Virus record (IMG/VR): IMGVR_UViG_3300037153_000606
Length of the DNA stretch: 64,000 bases
DNA from: a virus
Direction: 5' to 3' (one strand)
The notes under the pieces were generated by a model. It worked only from the letters and a program-made list of their open reading frames with translations. It ran no database searches and was not told the origin of the DNA. Positions 49,364-58,089 of this stretch are shown one piece after another (position 1 is the first letter of the stretch; each line of letters starts with the position of its first letter). The position numbers and the translations under genes are program-made.

Positions 49364-49819
49364 TCAGCTCGCCTGATGCTCGCCGTTCAGGTCGTCGAGC
49401 ACCATCCGGGTGAACTCATCCAAGTGACGGTACTGAGCTGCTAGCGCACGCCAGCGCCGTTCCGCCTCCTGCAGGATCAACCTCCGCTTGAGCGGGTCGA
49501 GCGCGATGTCCTCGACCGGTTCATAGTTCGGTTGGTGCGCCGTAGGGCGCGACACCGCGATGTACTTGCGGACCCGTTTCTCCTCGTCCGATGCATCCCG
49601 GTAGACCACCTTCACCGAGGTGATCAGCTTGTGGGCCTGGGTGAGCCGGTGTTTCTCCCCGGCCACCCGGTTGTCCCACTCGAAACGCGAGTACAGCGGG
49701 TGTTTCCTGCCGAGCGACTGGACGTCGGCCAACACCGCCCGAGGAGTCAGCTCGCCCTGTCGTTGGCGAACCTCCTCAAGCTGGCGAGCCAACTCCTCGT
49801 GAGCGGTGAAGGCGGTCAT
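49364..49819 (-). CDS. Accessory protein of the RAMP-like/GGY-NN locus
   Basis: LTPxxV...HPLYSRFEWD...RLTQAHKLI; starts 3 nt after the RAMP-like stop. Confidence 0.75.
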   Translation of the reverse strand: MTAFTAHEELARQLEEVRQRQGELTPRAVLADVQSLGRKHPLYSRFEWDNRVAGEKHRLTQAHKLITSVKVVYRDASDEEKRVRKYIAVSRPTAHQPNYEPVEDIALDPLKRRLILQEAERRWRALAAQYRHLDEFTRMVLDDLNGEHQAS

Positions 49820-49822
49820 GGC

Positions 49823-50452
49823 TTAGTTGATGACCGTGATCTCGCGGGCCTGGTCGATCTCGAACGTCCCGTACTCGCCGTTCTTCTCCGGACGCCACTC
49901 ACCGACACCGACGGTGAGACCGGCGGCGGAGATGATCGAGAGCACCGAGTCGCGGGTGATCGCGGACTTGACGTACTGCACGGTCAGCTCGGAGGTCCAG
50001 TCCGGGAACTCGGCGCGGTAGCGCAGGTCGGTGCCACTGATGCCAACCGTCACCATGTCCTCGCGCATCTTCGGCTCGCCGACGATCGGGAAGAGCGCCT
50101 GGTTGCAGTGTTCGCTCATCACGCCACGGAAGAACAGGAACTGGCGCAGCTCGGTCATCCGGACCGACTTGCCGTACAGCCGGGCGGCGGACACCGTCGC
50201 GGCCTTGAACGCGACGGACGGGAAGCCGTAGCCGTCGGCGGTGCGGTACAGCGAGGACTCGAACTCGGCCTCGGGGTCGCGGGGTTCCTTGATGGTCTTG
50301 CGGCCCTGCTGGGTGTCCAGCATCTGGCGCTTGGCCTTCTCCGACCAGTTGTGCACGATCAGCGGCATGGTGCCGACGACCGGCACGAGCAACGTCTCGA
50401 CGTCGATCTTGGTGATGTCCAGTTGGGCTGGAGCGGCGGCTGCTGCGGGCAT
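49823..50452 (-). CDS. Stand-alone RAMP/Cas7-like protein (209 aa)
   Basis: GTMPLIVH, FPSVAFKAATVSAA (compare RAMP IPGSSLKG), C-terminal Gly-rich loop GVGEWRPEKNGEYGTF; RBS AGGAGG. Confidence 0.75.
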   Translation of the reverse strand: MPAAAAAPAQLDITKIDVETLLVPVVGTMPLIVHNWSEKAKRQMLDTQQGRKTIKEPRDPEAEFESSLYRTADGYGFPSVAFKAATVSAARLYGKSVRMTELRQFLFFRGVMSEHCNQALFPIVGEPKMREDMVTVGISGTDLRYRAEFPDWTSELTVQYVKSAITRDSVLSIISAAGLTVGVGEWRPEKNGEYGTFEIDQAREITVIN

Positions 50453-50549
50453 GTAAGCCTCCTGGGGCTCGATACGTAATGGGTAGAACGTTGACGAGGG
50501 GGAAGTTAGCACGGTGAAGAGGACTCCCGCAAAGCCAGTACGTTTTCTT

Positions 50550-50582
50550 CCTGTCCTTTGCTGGATACACACGCAGAAGCAA
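50550..50582 (+). promoter_or_regulatory. Putative late promoter CCTGTCC-N19-GAAGCAA
   Basis: Recurring motif just before the lysin start. Confidence 0.55.
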
Positions 50583-50583
50583 C

Positions 50584-51546
50584 GTGGATGCCGCCACACT
50601 GGTCAAGGCGATGCCGGGGCTCAGCCTCACCCGGGCCAGCCAGCTGGTCAATGGGGCCAATGCCGCGATGTCCATCGGGCAGATCAACACCGTCAAGCGG
50701 TGTGCGATGTTCCTGGCGCAGATCGGCACCGAGTCCGCTTCGTTGCGTTACCAGCAAGAGATCCAGCCGCCGCCGGGCGCGCAGTACCCGCCCTACATCG
50801 GGCGCACCTTCATCCAGGTCACCTGGCGGGACAACTATTCCGCGTTCGGCAAGTGGTGCAAGGCCAAGAACCTGCTCGCGGACGCGAATCTGTTCGTCAA
50901 CAAGCCCGCCACCCTGGCCGCCGACCAGTGGGCCTGGCTCGGGCCGGTGTGGTACTGGACGGTGGCCCGGCCCAATCTGAACGCGATGGCGGACGCGGGT
51001 GACATCGTCGGGTGCACCCGGGCCATCAACGGCGGGCTGAACGGGCTGGAGGACCGCACCCAGCGTTACCACCGCTGCCTGAGCCTCGGCACCGCGATCC
51101 TGCCGACCACCGCCACGCCCCAGCCGGAGGACGACATGCCCACCCAGCTCTACCTCACCGCATCCTCGAAGAAGCCGACCAAGGTGCCCGCTGGCGGGAA
51201 ATGGACCCCGGTGCTGTGGGACGGCTGGTCCCCGAAGGGCATCTCCGGCGGTGTCGGCGTGATACTCGGCAAGACGACCAAGTTGTTCAGCATGTCGGCG
51301 TGGCTCTACACCACCGGGCTGACCCCGGATGACAACATCTACTTCAAGGTGCAGACGCTGGCCACGAAGGACAACAAGCCGCTGGCCACTTTCCCTTACT
51401 CGGAGCAGCGTGGCACCACCGGCGGGTCCAACTTCAACTACAGCCAGGTCGGTTCGGTCAACCCCGGCACCAACCTGCGGCTGCTGGTCTCGGCCACCCG
51501 CGAATGCACCGTCACCCAGGCCTGGTGGCGAATCTTTGTTTGGTGA
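50584..51546 (+). CDS. Endolysin, glycoside hydrolase family 19
   Basis: AMFLAQIGTES, YIGRTFIQVTWRDNY, TRAINGGLNGLEDR. Confidence 0.85.
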   Translation: MDAATLVKAMPGLSLTRASQLVNGANAAMSIGQINTVKRCAMFLAQIGTESASLRYQQEIQPPPGAQYPPYIGRTFIQVTWRDNYSAFGKWCKAKNLLADANLFVNKPATLAADQWAWLGPVWYWTVARPNLNAMADAGDIVGCTRAINGGLNGLEDRTQRYHRCLSLGTAILPTTATPQPEDDMPTQLYLTASSKKPTKVPAGGKWTPVLWDGWSPKGISGGVGVILGKTTKLFSMSAWLYTTGLTPDDNIYFKVQTLATKDNKPLATFPYSEQRGTTGGSNFNYSQVGSVNPGTNLRLLVSATRECTVTQAWWRIFVW

Positions 51547-51557
51547 GTGAGGTTGCC

Positions 51558-51899
51558 ATGCTCAACGCCTATGTCACCTCCGCGATCCGGACCGGCGTGC
51601 CGCTCCTGGTCGGTTGGATCGTCTCCTGGCTGGTGGCCAAGGGGATCGGCATCGACGACCAGACCCGCGACTGGCTGGTCTCGTTCCTGACCTTCGTGCT
51701 GTCCATGGCCTACTACCTGATCGCTCGCTGGCTGGAGCAGAAGAACCCGAAGCTGGGCTTCCTGCTCGGGGTACCGGTGCAGCCGGTCTACGTCGCGCCG
51801 GGTGCGACCCCGGCGGCCGTGTCCTCCACCACGGATACGGTGACCGAGGACGTGACCGTGACGAAGAAGGCGGCCAAGCCGCCCAACTCGGCTGGCTAG
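51558..51899 (+). CDS. Holin (putative)
   Basis: Two TM segments, IRTxVP...YY.IARWLE...GFLLG; follows the lysin. Confidence 0.7.
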   Translation: MLNAYVTSAIRTGVPLLVGWIVSWLVAKGIGIDDQTRDWLVSFLTFVLSMAYYLIARWLEQKNPKLGFLLGVPVQPVYVAPGATPAAVSSTTDTVTEDVTVTKKAAKPPNSAG

Positions 51900-51927
51900 G
51901 TCCTTCCGGCGTGGCTACTCTGCGCCC

Positions 51928-52314
51928 GTGCGACTACGGGTGCTGATCCTCGGCGACTACGACTACGGGCGGCCTGAGCGGGTCTACGCCGACCTGTCCC
52001 GGCTGTTCCTGCAGGACGGGCTGCAGGTGCTCACCGTGGTGCACGGCGGCGCGCTCACCGGCCCGGACCGGATGGCGCGAACGTTCGCCGAGGAGTGGCA
52101 ACCCTGGTGCGTGTTCTTCGGCCGTGACGTGGTGCAGGAGGTGCACCAGGCGGCCTGGGCGGCCTTCCAGCTGGAGGCGGGTGGGATCCGGGACTGGGCC
52201 ATGATCGCCACTCAGCCCGACCTGTGCCTGGCCTACCCCGGACCGTCCGGGCGGAGCCGGGGTCTACTGGACGAGGCGCGGCAGGTCATGGAGGTCTGGG
52301 ATCGATCCGGTTGA
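51928..52314 (+). CDS. SLOG/DUF2493 (YspA-like) protein
   Basis: VVHGGALTGPDRMA...AGGIRDWAM...PDLCLAYP. Confidence 0.65.
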   Translation: MRLRVLILGDYDYGRPERVYADLSRLFLQDGLQVLTVVHGGALTGPDRMARTFAEEWQPWCVFFGRDVVQEVHQAAWAAFQLEAGGIRDWAMIATQPDLCLAYPGPSGRSRGLLDEARQVMEVWDRSG

Positions 52315-52381
52315 GACAACTCCGGTTATGCGATACACTGATGGAACAGTTACGACCCACTTTTACCGAGGAGCCACCATG
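52311..52381 (+). promoter_or_regulatory. Sigma70-type promoter TTGAGA-N17-TACACT with GACAACTC box
   Basis: Canonical spacing; GAGGAGCCACC leader. Confidence 0.6.
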
Positions 52382-53233
52382 ATGATCGAGTTGCTCAAGT
52401 ACCGTCCCGGGATGCCGATCCATGCGGGGATGCGTGTACTCGTCTTCCGCAAGATCGCGGACTTCTGCTGCGAGTGGTCCCCCGCGCTCATCGTCAGTAT
52501 CAATTCTGACGGCGATCCCGAGTTCCTATTCGATGGGGACGAACCGCGAGAAGGGCAGCTGCAAAAGCTGTCGATGGACGTACGGCAAGAGAATGGAGAT
52601 GTGATCAATTACATCCACTCCTATCCGCATCTTTTGCACGGTAAGAGATTCTTGATGTGGGATCGCGATCGACAGGGGTGGGAACCCGGGACGATTATCT
52701 TCGGCAACGGGGTGAACGGCGGAGGCTATTCGATCAGGTTCGATCACCCAGTTGTGCCGGTGCGTGTCAAGGCTGAGCTGACCCCTGCACAAGAGCGTTC
52801 CCGGAATCGTTGGGCGGGCTACCAGGTCGTGCTGGGCCTCATCTTCCTGTTCATCTATCTGGGCACTGTCGGCAACGCCAAGGGGGTACCGGGCGGTCTG
52901 TTCCTGCTCGGCCTGGTGTTCATCATCGGCTTCTTCTCGCTGTTGACCTATCTGGCCTACCGGTTCCCGACCGCGACCAAGGCCGTCGCCGTCATCGGTG
53001 GCGGGGTCGCTGCCGCGAGCATGGCGAGCCGGGTCTACCGTGCAGCCGCGCATCCGAGCACCGGTGACTCCAGCACGTGGTTGCCGCCCGCACCGGTGCC
53101 GCCCGCCGTGCCTCCGGCCCCCTCGGGGCGTTACATCTACCACGAGATGAACACCCCGTACGCGCACGGCTCGAACGGGCAGACCTATGTCGGCAACGGT
53201 GGTCCGCTCCAGTGGGTCCGCGATCCGCAGTGA
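52379..53233 (+). CDS. Membrane protein
   Basis: Three hydrophobic segments; lower GC; start placed by RBS GAGGAG. Confidence 0.65.
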   Translation: MMIELLKYRPGMPIHAGMRVLVFRKIADFCCEWSPALIVSINSDGDPEFLFDGDEPREGQLQKLSMDVRQENGDVINYIHSYPHLLHGKRFLMWDRDRQGWEPGTIIFGNGVNGGGYSIRFDHPVVPVRVKAELTPAQERSRNRWAGYQVVLGLIFLFIYLGTVGNAKGVPGGLFLLGLVFIIGFFSLLTYLAYRFPTATKAVAVIGGGVAAASMASRVYRAAAHPSTGDSSTWLPPAPVPPAVPPAPSGRYIYHEMNTPYAHGSNGQTYVGNGGPLQWVRDPQ

Positions 53234-53243
53234 CCTGAGAAAA

Positions 53244-53317
53244 GACAACTCAGGTTGTGGTGACTCAGTTTATTGGGCTATGATGGTGCTACCACCTACT
53301 GAGGAGCCACACTCATG
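53244..53317 (+). promoter_or_regulatory. Early-type promoter/leader (GACAACTC box, TATGAT, GAGGAGCCACACTCATG)
   Basis: Recurring leader family. Confidence 0.6.
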
Positions 53318-54268
53318 AACGCCAGAACTGACGTCCACCGCCCGTCCGCCCCCGAGTTCGACCCGGCCCTGTACGACTGCCGGGGCGTCTTCGACACCTG
53401 CACCGACCCGCTCAAGGGCGGCGGTTCGCAGCAGCCCCGTCTGGACGCCGTTCGTGCGCTGCGCGAGCAGGGCTACACGTTCGGTCCGGGTTCCTCGCAC
53501 CAGTGCGGGCACTGCGGTGCGCACATCCGCTACTGCGCGCTGATGGTCCGCGAGGACGTCAAGCAGTTCATCTACGTCGGCGAGACCTGCCTGGACGGCC
53601 GCTTCGAGCTGACCAAGGGCGAGTTCGACGCGCTGCGCAAGGCCGCCCAGTTGGACCGGGAGAAGCAGCGGCTGCTGACCGCCTACCGCGAGCTGTGCGA
53701 GCGTCACCAGGCACTGGCCTACGCCTCGTACGCGATCGACATCATCGACGGCTACATCAACGAGGTGTCCGACCCGGAGCGGGCGCTGCACCTGCGTGCC
53801 GGTGCCGGGTGGGCGCTGTCCACGATGGCCGACATCGCCCGCAAGGCGCGCAAGTACGGCGACATCAGCGACAAGCAGGTCGCCTTCCTGGAGCGGCTCC
53901 TGGTCGAGGTGGACGAGAAGATCGCCGCCCGGATCGCCAAGGACGCCGAGATTGCCAACAAGCCCCAGGCTGTTCTGGTGGTCACCGGCAAGCGCCAGCT
54001 GGTCGAGGGCACCGTGATCAGCCGCAAGGACCAGGAGAACCCGTACAGCTACAACGGCGGCAGGATCTGGAAGATCTTGGTCGAGCAGGCCGACGGTTCC
54101 CGGGTCTGGGGCACCGAGCCGGGTGCGTTCGTCACGGACAAGGGTGACAGAGTCAAGTTCATGGCCGCCGTCAAGGTCTCCGACAAGGACCCGGGGTTCG
54201 GGTTCTACTCCCGGCCGACCGGCTTCGAGGTCGTCGAGCGCACCGCCGCCGAGGAGGTGGCGGTGTGA
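53315..54268 (+). CDS. Hypothetical protein with Zn ribbon and OB-fold-like C-terminus
   Basis: CGHCG...VGETC; VEGTVIS...KGDRVKFMA...FYSRP. Confidence 0.75.
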   Translation: MNARTDVHRPSAPEFDPALYDCRGVFDTCTDPLKGGGSQQPRLDAVRALREQGYTFGPGSSHQCGHCGAHIRYCALMVREDVKQFIYVGETCLDGRFELTKGEFDALRKAAQLDREKQRLLTAYRELCERHQALAYASYAIDIIDGYINEVSDPERALHLRAGAGWALSTMADIARKARKYGDISDKQVAFLERLLVEVDEKIAARIAKDAEIANKPQAVLVVTGKRQLVEGTVISRKDQENPYSYNGGRIWKILVEQADGSRVWGTEPGAFVTDKGDRVKFMAAVKVSDKDPGFGFYSRPTGFEVVERTAAEEVAV

Positions 54269-54471
54269 GCACCTGGCGGTTGACCCTGCGCGGGTACGGC
54301 TTCGAGATGCGCGGTGTCGCGAGCGGGGACGTGCTGCACGAAGTCATCAGAGATCTGGACACCTTCGGCAACGCGCACCACATCCAGCTGATCTTCAGCA
54401 AGACCGGGGACGACTATCAGCCGTTCTCGGGTCCGGATCCGCAGGAGGACGTTCCGGGGTATCGGTCGTGA
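54265..54471 (+). CDS. Small hypothetical protein
   Basis: GTGA overlap. Confidence 0.55.
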   Translation: MSTWRLTLRGYGFEMRGVASGDVLHEVIRDLDTFGNAHHIQLIFSKTGDDYQPFSGPDPQEDVPGYRS

Positions 54472-54559
54472 CCGCACTCATCGTGACTATCTGGGTCGTC
54501 GTCGCGGTCATGGTCCTGTACGTGGTCGGTGAGCACTGGCTGGACCACAAGCGCGACGA

Positions 54560-54648
54560 TTGACAACTCACGTTCTACAACTCATCTTGCGCCATGGTGT
54601 ATAATGGTGCTGTACGTTTCATCAACTACTTGAGGAGCCACACTCATG
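54560..54648 (+). promoter_or_regulatory. Early-type promoter/leader (two ACAACTC boxes, TATAAT, GAGGAGCCACACTCATG)
   Basis: Perfect TATAAT at 54600-54605. Confidence 0.65.
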
Positions 54649-55533
54649 GACAAGCAACTGGATCGCATCAGCAAACTGCTCCGGCAGGCCGAGAAGGCCG
54701 GGACCCCGGAAGAGGCCGACGCCTTCATGGCCAAGGCGCAGCAGCTCGCCACCGCCACTGCCATCGATCTGGAGGTCGCTCGCCAGCACGTCGCCGACAA
54801 AGAGCGCCGCAAGGTGCCCACCATGCGCCAAGTCAAGATCGGCGAGCAGGGCAAGCGGCTGCTGCACACCTACGTCGAGCTGTTTTTGGCCATTGCCCGC
54901 GCCAACGACATCACCTGCGACATCGCGCACAACTCCACCTACGTCTACGCCTTCGGCTTCGACACCGACATCGACGTAGCCGAGGCGCTCTACGCTTCGC
55001 TGGTGGTGCAGATGGTGGAGGCCTCCAATGCCTATCTGCACTCTGGTGAGTTCAAGGCCGAGAAGATCTGGGTGCCTGGTGGTTACCGTCGCACCGGCAA
55101 GCGTTACTACAACGAGTGGACCGATCGCTATGTCCAGGACACGGAGTACGTCGAGGGGCGGTACAAGTCCACTCCCACCATCACCGCCCGCAAGTCCTTC
55201 CAGGTGGCCTTCGCCCGCAAGGTCGGCCAGCGGCTCACTGAGGCCCGTGGGCAGGCCATCGCAGCCGCCGAGGCGGCCGAGGCCGAGCTGATCATTCCAG
55301 TGTCCGGAGTTCCGGATGCCGCCAGCACCGGGACCGCGCTGGTCCTGCGGGCCAAGGAGGTCGAGGTCCGCGACTTCTACAAGGCCACCTCGCGCGCACG
55401 CGGCTCCTACCGGGGCGGTCGTTCCTCAACCAGCTCCGGCCATGCCCGCAACGCGGGTCGCGAGGCCGGGGCCAAGGCTCGGCTCGGCGGGGAGCGGGCC
55501 ATCGGCGGCGGCCGGAGGACGATCACCTCATGA
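54646..55533 (+). CDS. DUF2786 domain protein
   Basis: LDRISKLLRQAEKAGTPEEADAFMAKAQQL. Confidence 0.8.
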   Translation: MDKQLDRISKLLRQAEKAGTPEEADAFMAKAQQLATATAIDLEVARQHVADKERRKVPTMRQVKIGEQGKRLLHTYVELFLAIARANDITCDIAHNSTYVYAFGFDTDIDVAEALYASLVVQMVEASNAYLHSGEFKAEKIWVPGGYRRTGKRYYNEWTDRYVQDTEYVEGRYKSTPTITARKSFQVAFARKVGQRLTEARGQAIAAAEAAEAELIIPVSGVPDAASTGTALVLRAKEVEVRDFYKATSRARGSYRGGRSSTSSGHARNAGREAGAKARLGGERAIGGGRRTITS

Positions 55534-56024
55534 GCGGGCGCGACTTCCAGCGATCCAAGGTCTACGCCGCCGAGATCGAGATGATCAACCTGGTCGACAC
55601 CGCGCAGAAGATGGGCATCACCACGCTGCGGATCGGCGCGTCGGACATCGCGGTGCCGATCGAGCGCAAGTTCGGCGACATGGACGGTGTGCAGCGCTAC
55701 GTGGACCTGGTGCTCGGCGAGGTGGCCCGCGAGTACGGCGTCTCGGCAGACGTGCGGGTGCGTGAGCGCAAGGGCAACACCAAGGCGCATTACGAGTCCC
55801 CCGGCGGAGTGATCGCCGTGCCGCCGCACCAGGGCTCCCGGTCCTCGTGGGCGATGCGCGAGTTCGTGGTGCTGCACGAGATCGCGCACCACCTGACCAA
55901 CGGGCACCAGCACGACGGGGTGTTCGTGGCCGCCCTCGCCGACCTGTTCGGCCGCTTCGTCGGTCCCGAGGCGCAGTTCATGTTCACCGTCATCACGCAC
56001 CAGGGCAACGTGACGCACAGCTGA
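55530..56024 (+). CDS. HEXXH metallohydrolase (TIGR04338-like)
   Basis: RDFQRSKVYAAE...KAHYE...WAMREFVVLHEIAHH. Confidence 0.8.
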   Translation: MSGRDFQRSKVYAAEIEMINLVDTAQKMGITTLRIGASDIAVPIERKFGDMDGVQRYVDLVLGEVAREYGVSADVRVRERKGNTKAHYESPGGVIAVPPHQGSRSSWAMREFVVLHEIAHHLTNGHQHDGVFVAALADLFGRFVGPEAQFMFTVITHQGNVTHS

Positions 56025-56025
56025 C

Positions 56026-56058
56026 CCTGTCCTGTCGGCCCCCTCCGGACGGAAGTAG
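56026..56058 (+). promoter_or_regulatory. Putative late promoter CCTGTCC-N19-GAAGTAG
   Basis: Exact match to the motif consensus. Confidence 0.65.
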
Positions 56059-56083
56059 CGACACCCGTCCTGAGGAGGCCGAT

Positions 56084-56650
56084 ATGCCGTTGGCAGCGCT
56101 GGAACTGGCTCGTCTGGCGAACGAGACCGACATGATCGTGTTGCGGAACACCCGACCCGGTTACACGGTGTTCCAGGACGACAACACCAAGGTCACGTTG
56201 GTCTTCGCCGGAGCAGGTGACCCGGCTGGTGAGGATGTGCAGCAGTGCTCGGCGGCGCTGCTGAAGAACTCCCGGCTGGTGCGGGCCGTCTCCATCGGGA
56301 TCCTGCAGATCGAGGAAGCTCCCGAAGCGCTGCAGGCCGCTCTGGACGCTCAACGCAACGAGTACGAATCCCGTGAGGCGAAGATGGCCGAAGCGGCCGA
56401 TCTCGCCCAGCGTGCGGCCGACCGGACCGTCGCCCGAGGCATCGCCTGCATCGCGCCGAAGGGGTCCCGAGGCGAGCTGTGCGGCTCCTACACGCTGGCT
56501 GCGCAGAACCCTCGGGAACGGCCTCCGTTGTGTGCCGAGCACCAGCACCTGGCCAGCCAGTACGCGATCATGGAGACGGACAACATCGACGACAACGGCA
56601 AGGCTGAAGTGGTATGGCGGCGCGCGTCGCTGTCGCGGGCGCGCGGGTAA
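56084..56650 (+). CDS. Structural/assembly-region protein
   Basis: RBS GAGGAGG; follows the late motif; C-terminal C...C...LC..H. Confidence 0.65.
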   Translation: MPLAALELARLANETDMIVLRNTRPGYTVFQDDNTKVTLVFAGAGDPAGEDVQQCSAALLKNSRLVRAVSIGILQIEEAPEALQAALDAQRNEYESREAKMAEAADLAQRAADRTVARGIACIAPKGSRGELCGSYTLAAQNPRERPPLCAEHQHLASQYAIMETDNIDDNGKAEVVWRRASLSRARG

Positions 56651-56680
56651 GAAACCTATCCGGAGAAGGAAGAGAAGGAC

Positions 56681-57286
56681 ATGACCGATCCCAGCACCCC
56701 CGACGTCCCCACCACCTCCGAGGCTGCCGCCGCAGGACCGCCCTCCGGTGAGACACCGGTCGCCACGGCGCAGTCCGCCGAGACGCCCGCCGATGAGGAG
56801 TCCGGCCAGGAATTCGTGCCGAACCCGCTGTTCCAGACCGGCGTGGTGGACACCTCTGGCCTGGGGGTTCCCGACATCAGCTCGGTCAGCCCGGTGCTGG
56901 ACCAGGCGCGGTCCGACTCGCTGCAGGCGGCCATCGACGACCTGGAGTCCGATGCCCCGAACACCGGCAACGTGGTGCTGGGCGATCGGGACAAGGACGA
57001 GGTGCTCGGTGAGCTAAAAGCCGCCCAGGAGGCGCACGAGGCCGCTGTGGCTGAGAAGGCCGGAGAGGGCGACGAGGCCGCCGAGGCCGCCGAGGCCGGT
57101 GAGGGCGAGGCTCCTGCCGCCGATGAGACGTCGGCGGGCACCGGGACCGCAGACAGCTCTGGCACTCAGGTGGAGGGCACCGTCGAAGGCACCGTGCACG
57201 GCACCGATGATCCGGCGTCCGAACCGGCCGCCGACAGTCAGGCCGAGGAGTCCGGGACTACCGACGAGTCCACGCCGCCAGCCTGA
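56681..57286 (+). CDS. Acidic low-complexity protein
   Basis: RBS AAGGA; E/D/A/T-rich. Confidence 0.65.
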   Translation: MTDPSTPDVPTTSEAAAAGPPSGETPVATAQSAETPADEESGQEFVPNPLFQTGVVDTSGLGVPDISSVSPVLDQARSDSLQAAIDDLESDAPNTGNVVLGDRDKDEVLGELKAAQEAHEAAVAEKAGEGDEAAEAAEAGEGEAPAADETSAGTGTADSSGTQVEGTVEGTVHGTDDPASEPAADSQAEESGTTDESTPPA

Positions 57287-57317
57287 TCCTCGGGCCCTTC
57301 TCCCGGAGATCTGTCCA

Positions 57318-57359
57318 GACCGACCGGCACGCCACTGACCCTTGGCGTGTCGGTCGGTC
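57318..57359. terminator. 17-bp stem-loop
   Basis: GACCGACCGGCACGCCA / TGGCGTGTCGGTCGGTC (one G-U pair). Confidence 0.6.
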
Positions 57360-57392
57360 CATGCCGGGGCCCGGCGCTCGGAGGCGAAGTAG
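57360..57392 (+). promoter_or_regulatory. Putative late promoter CATGCCG-N19-GAAGTAG
   Basis: Recurring motif. Confidence 0.5.
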
Positions 57393-57438
57393 TGCGATGC
57401 GCGGCGGTTCCGGCCCAGGCCAGAGAGGCAGCGGATAG

Positions 57439-58083
57439 ATGACGGCCAATACCACGCCCCGGTTGGGGCTGATGCTGCCAGTCGGTTCCGACACCTTCAC
57501 TCCGGATGACTTCATCTCCACCTTCACCAAGCTCGACGGAGTACCCGGGATCACTCCGGTGTCGAGCTATGCCGCATTGCCGACCGGCCTGACCGAGAAG
57601 CAGCACGGATCGGTCTACATGCAGACCGACAACCTGGCCCAGTGGATGTGGAACAAGCCGACCTCGACCTCGACCGGCGTGTGGCAACGGATCAACTCGG
57701 TCGGTTTCCTCGGCAGTGCCCCGGCCATGACGAAGAGCTACACCAACAGCACCACTTCGGAGACCGGTGCGCCGACCATCCAGACCGTCACCGTGAAAGC
57801 GCCAGGTGGTCGCCGTCTCGGCGTCTACGCCCGTATCTCGTCGATGAGCCACAGCGCGTCGGGCGTCACCGAGATCTTTATCGTGTATAACGGCACGACG
57901 GTCGTCGTCAGGGGTTATGGGAGTTCCGGCAATACCACCGGCAACTCGCAGGAACTTTACTACATCACCGGGGTGGCTTCGGTGGGCCAGAGCCTCCAAT
58001 TCGACTTCAGGTTCCGGCCCTACAACGCAGGTACGTCAACTGCCAACAACGGCGGCAGCGCCCTGTACGTCTGGGAGATCTAG
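57439..58083 (+). CDS. Virion structural protein (fibre-like N-terminus)
   Basis: TTPRLGLMLP...DTF...KLD. Confidence 0.6.
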   Translation: MTANTTPRLGLMLPVGSDTFTPDDFISTFTKLDGVPGITPVSSYAALPTGLTEKQHGSVYMQTDNLAQWMWNKPTSTSTGVWQRINSVGFLGSAPAMTKSYTNSTTSETGAPTIQTVTVKAPGGRRLGVYARISSMSHSASGVTEIFIVYNGTTVVVRGYGSSGNTTGNSQELYYITGVASVGQSLQFDFRFRPYNAGTSTANNGGSALYVWEI

Positions 58084-58089
58084 TTCGCG

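Noticed and set aside
47548-49444. Many overlapping ORFs across the main array (and across 29443-30355)
   Set aside because: The PCRA/ARLG-type low-complexity translations in all frames are by-products of the 5-nt repeat, with no RBS or codon bias.
51885-51920. Short GGC-rich run after the holin gene as a mini guide unit
   Set aside because: It has too few in-phase pentamers and is expected by chance at this GC content.
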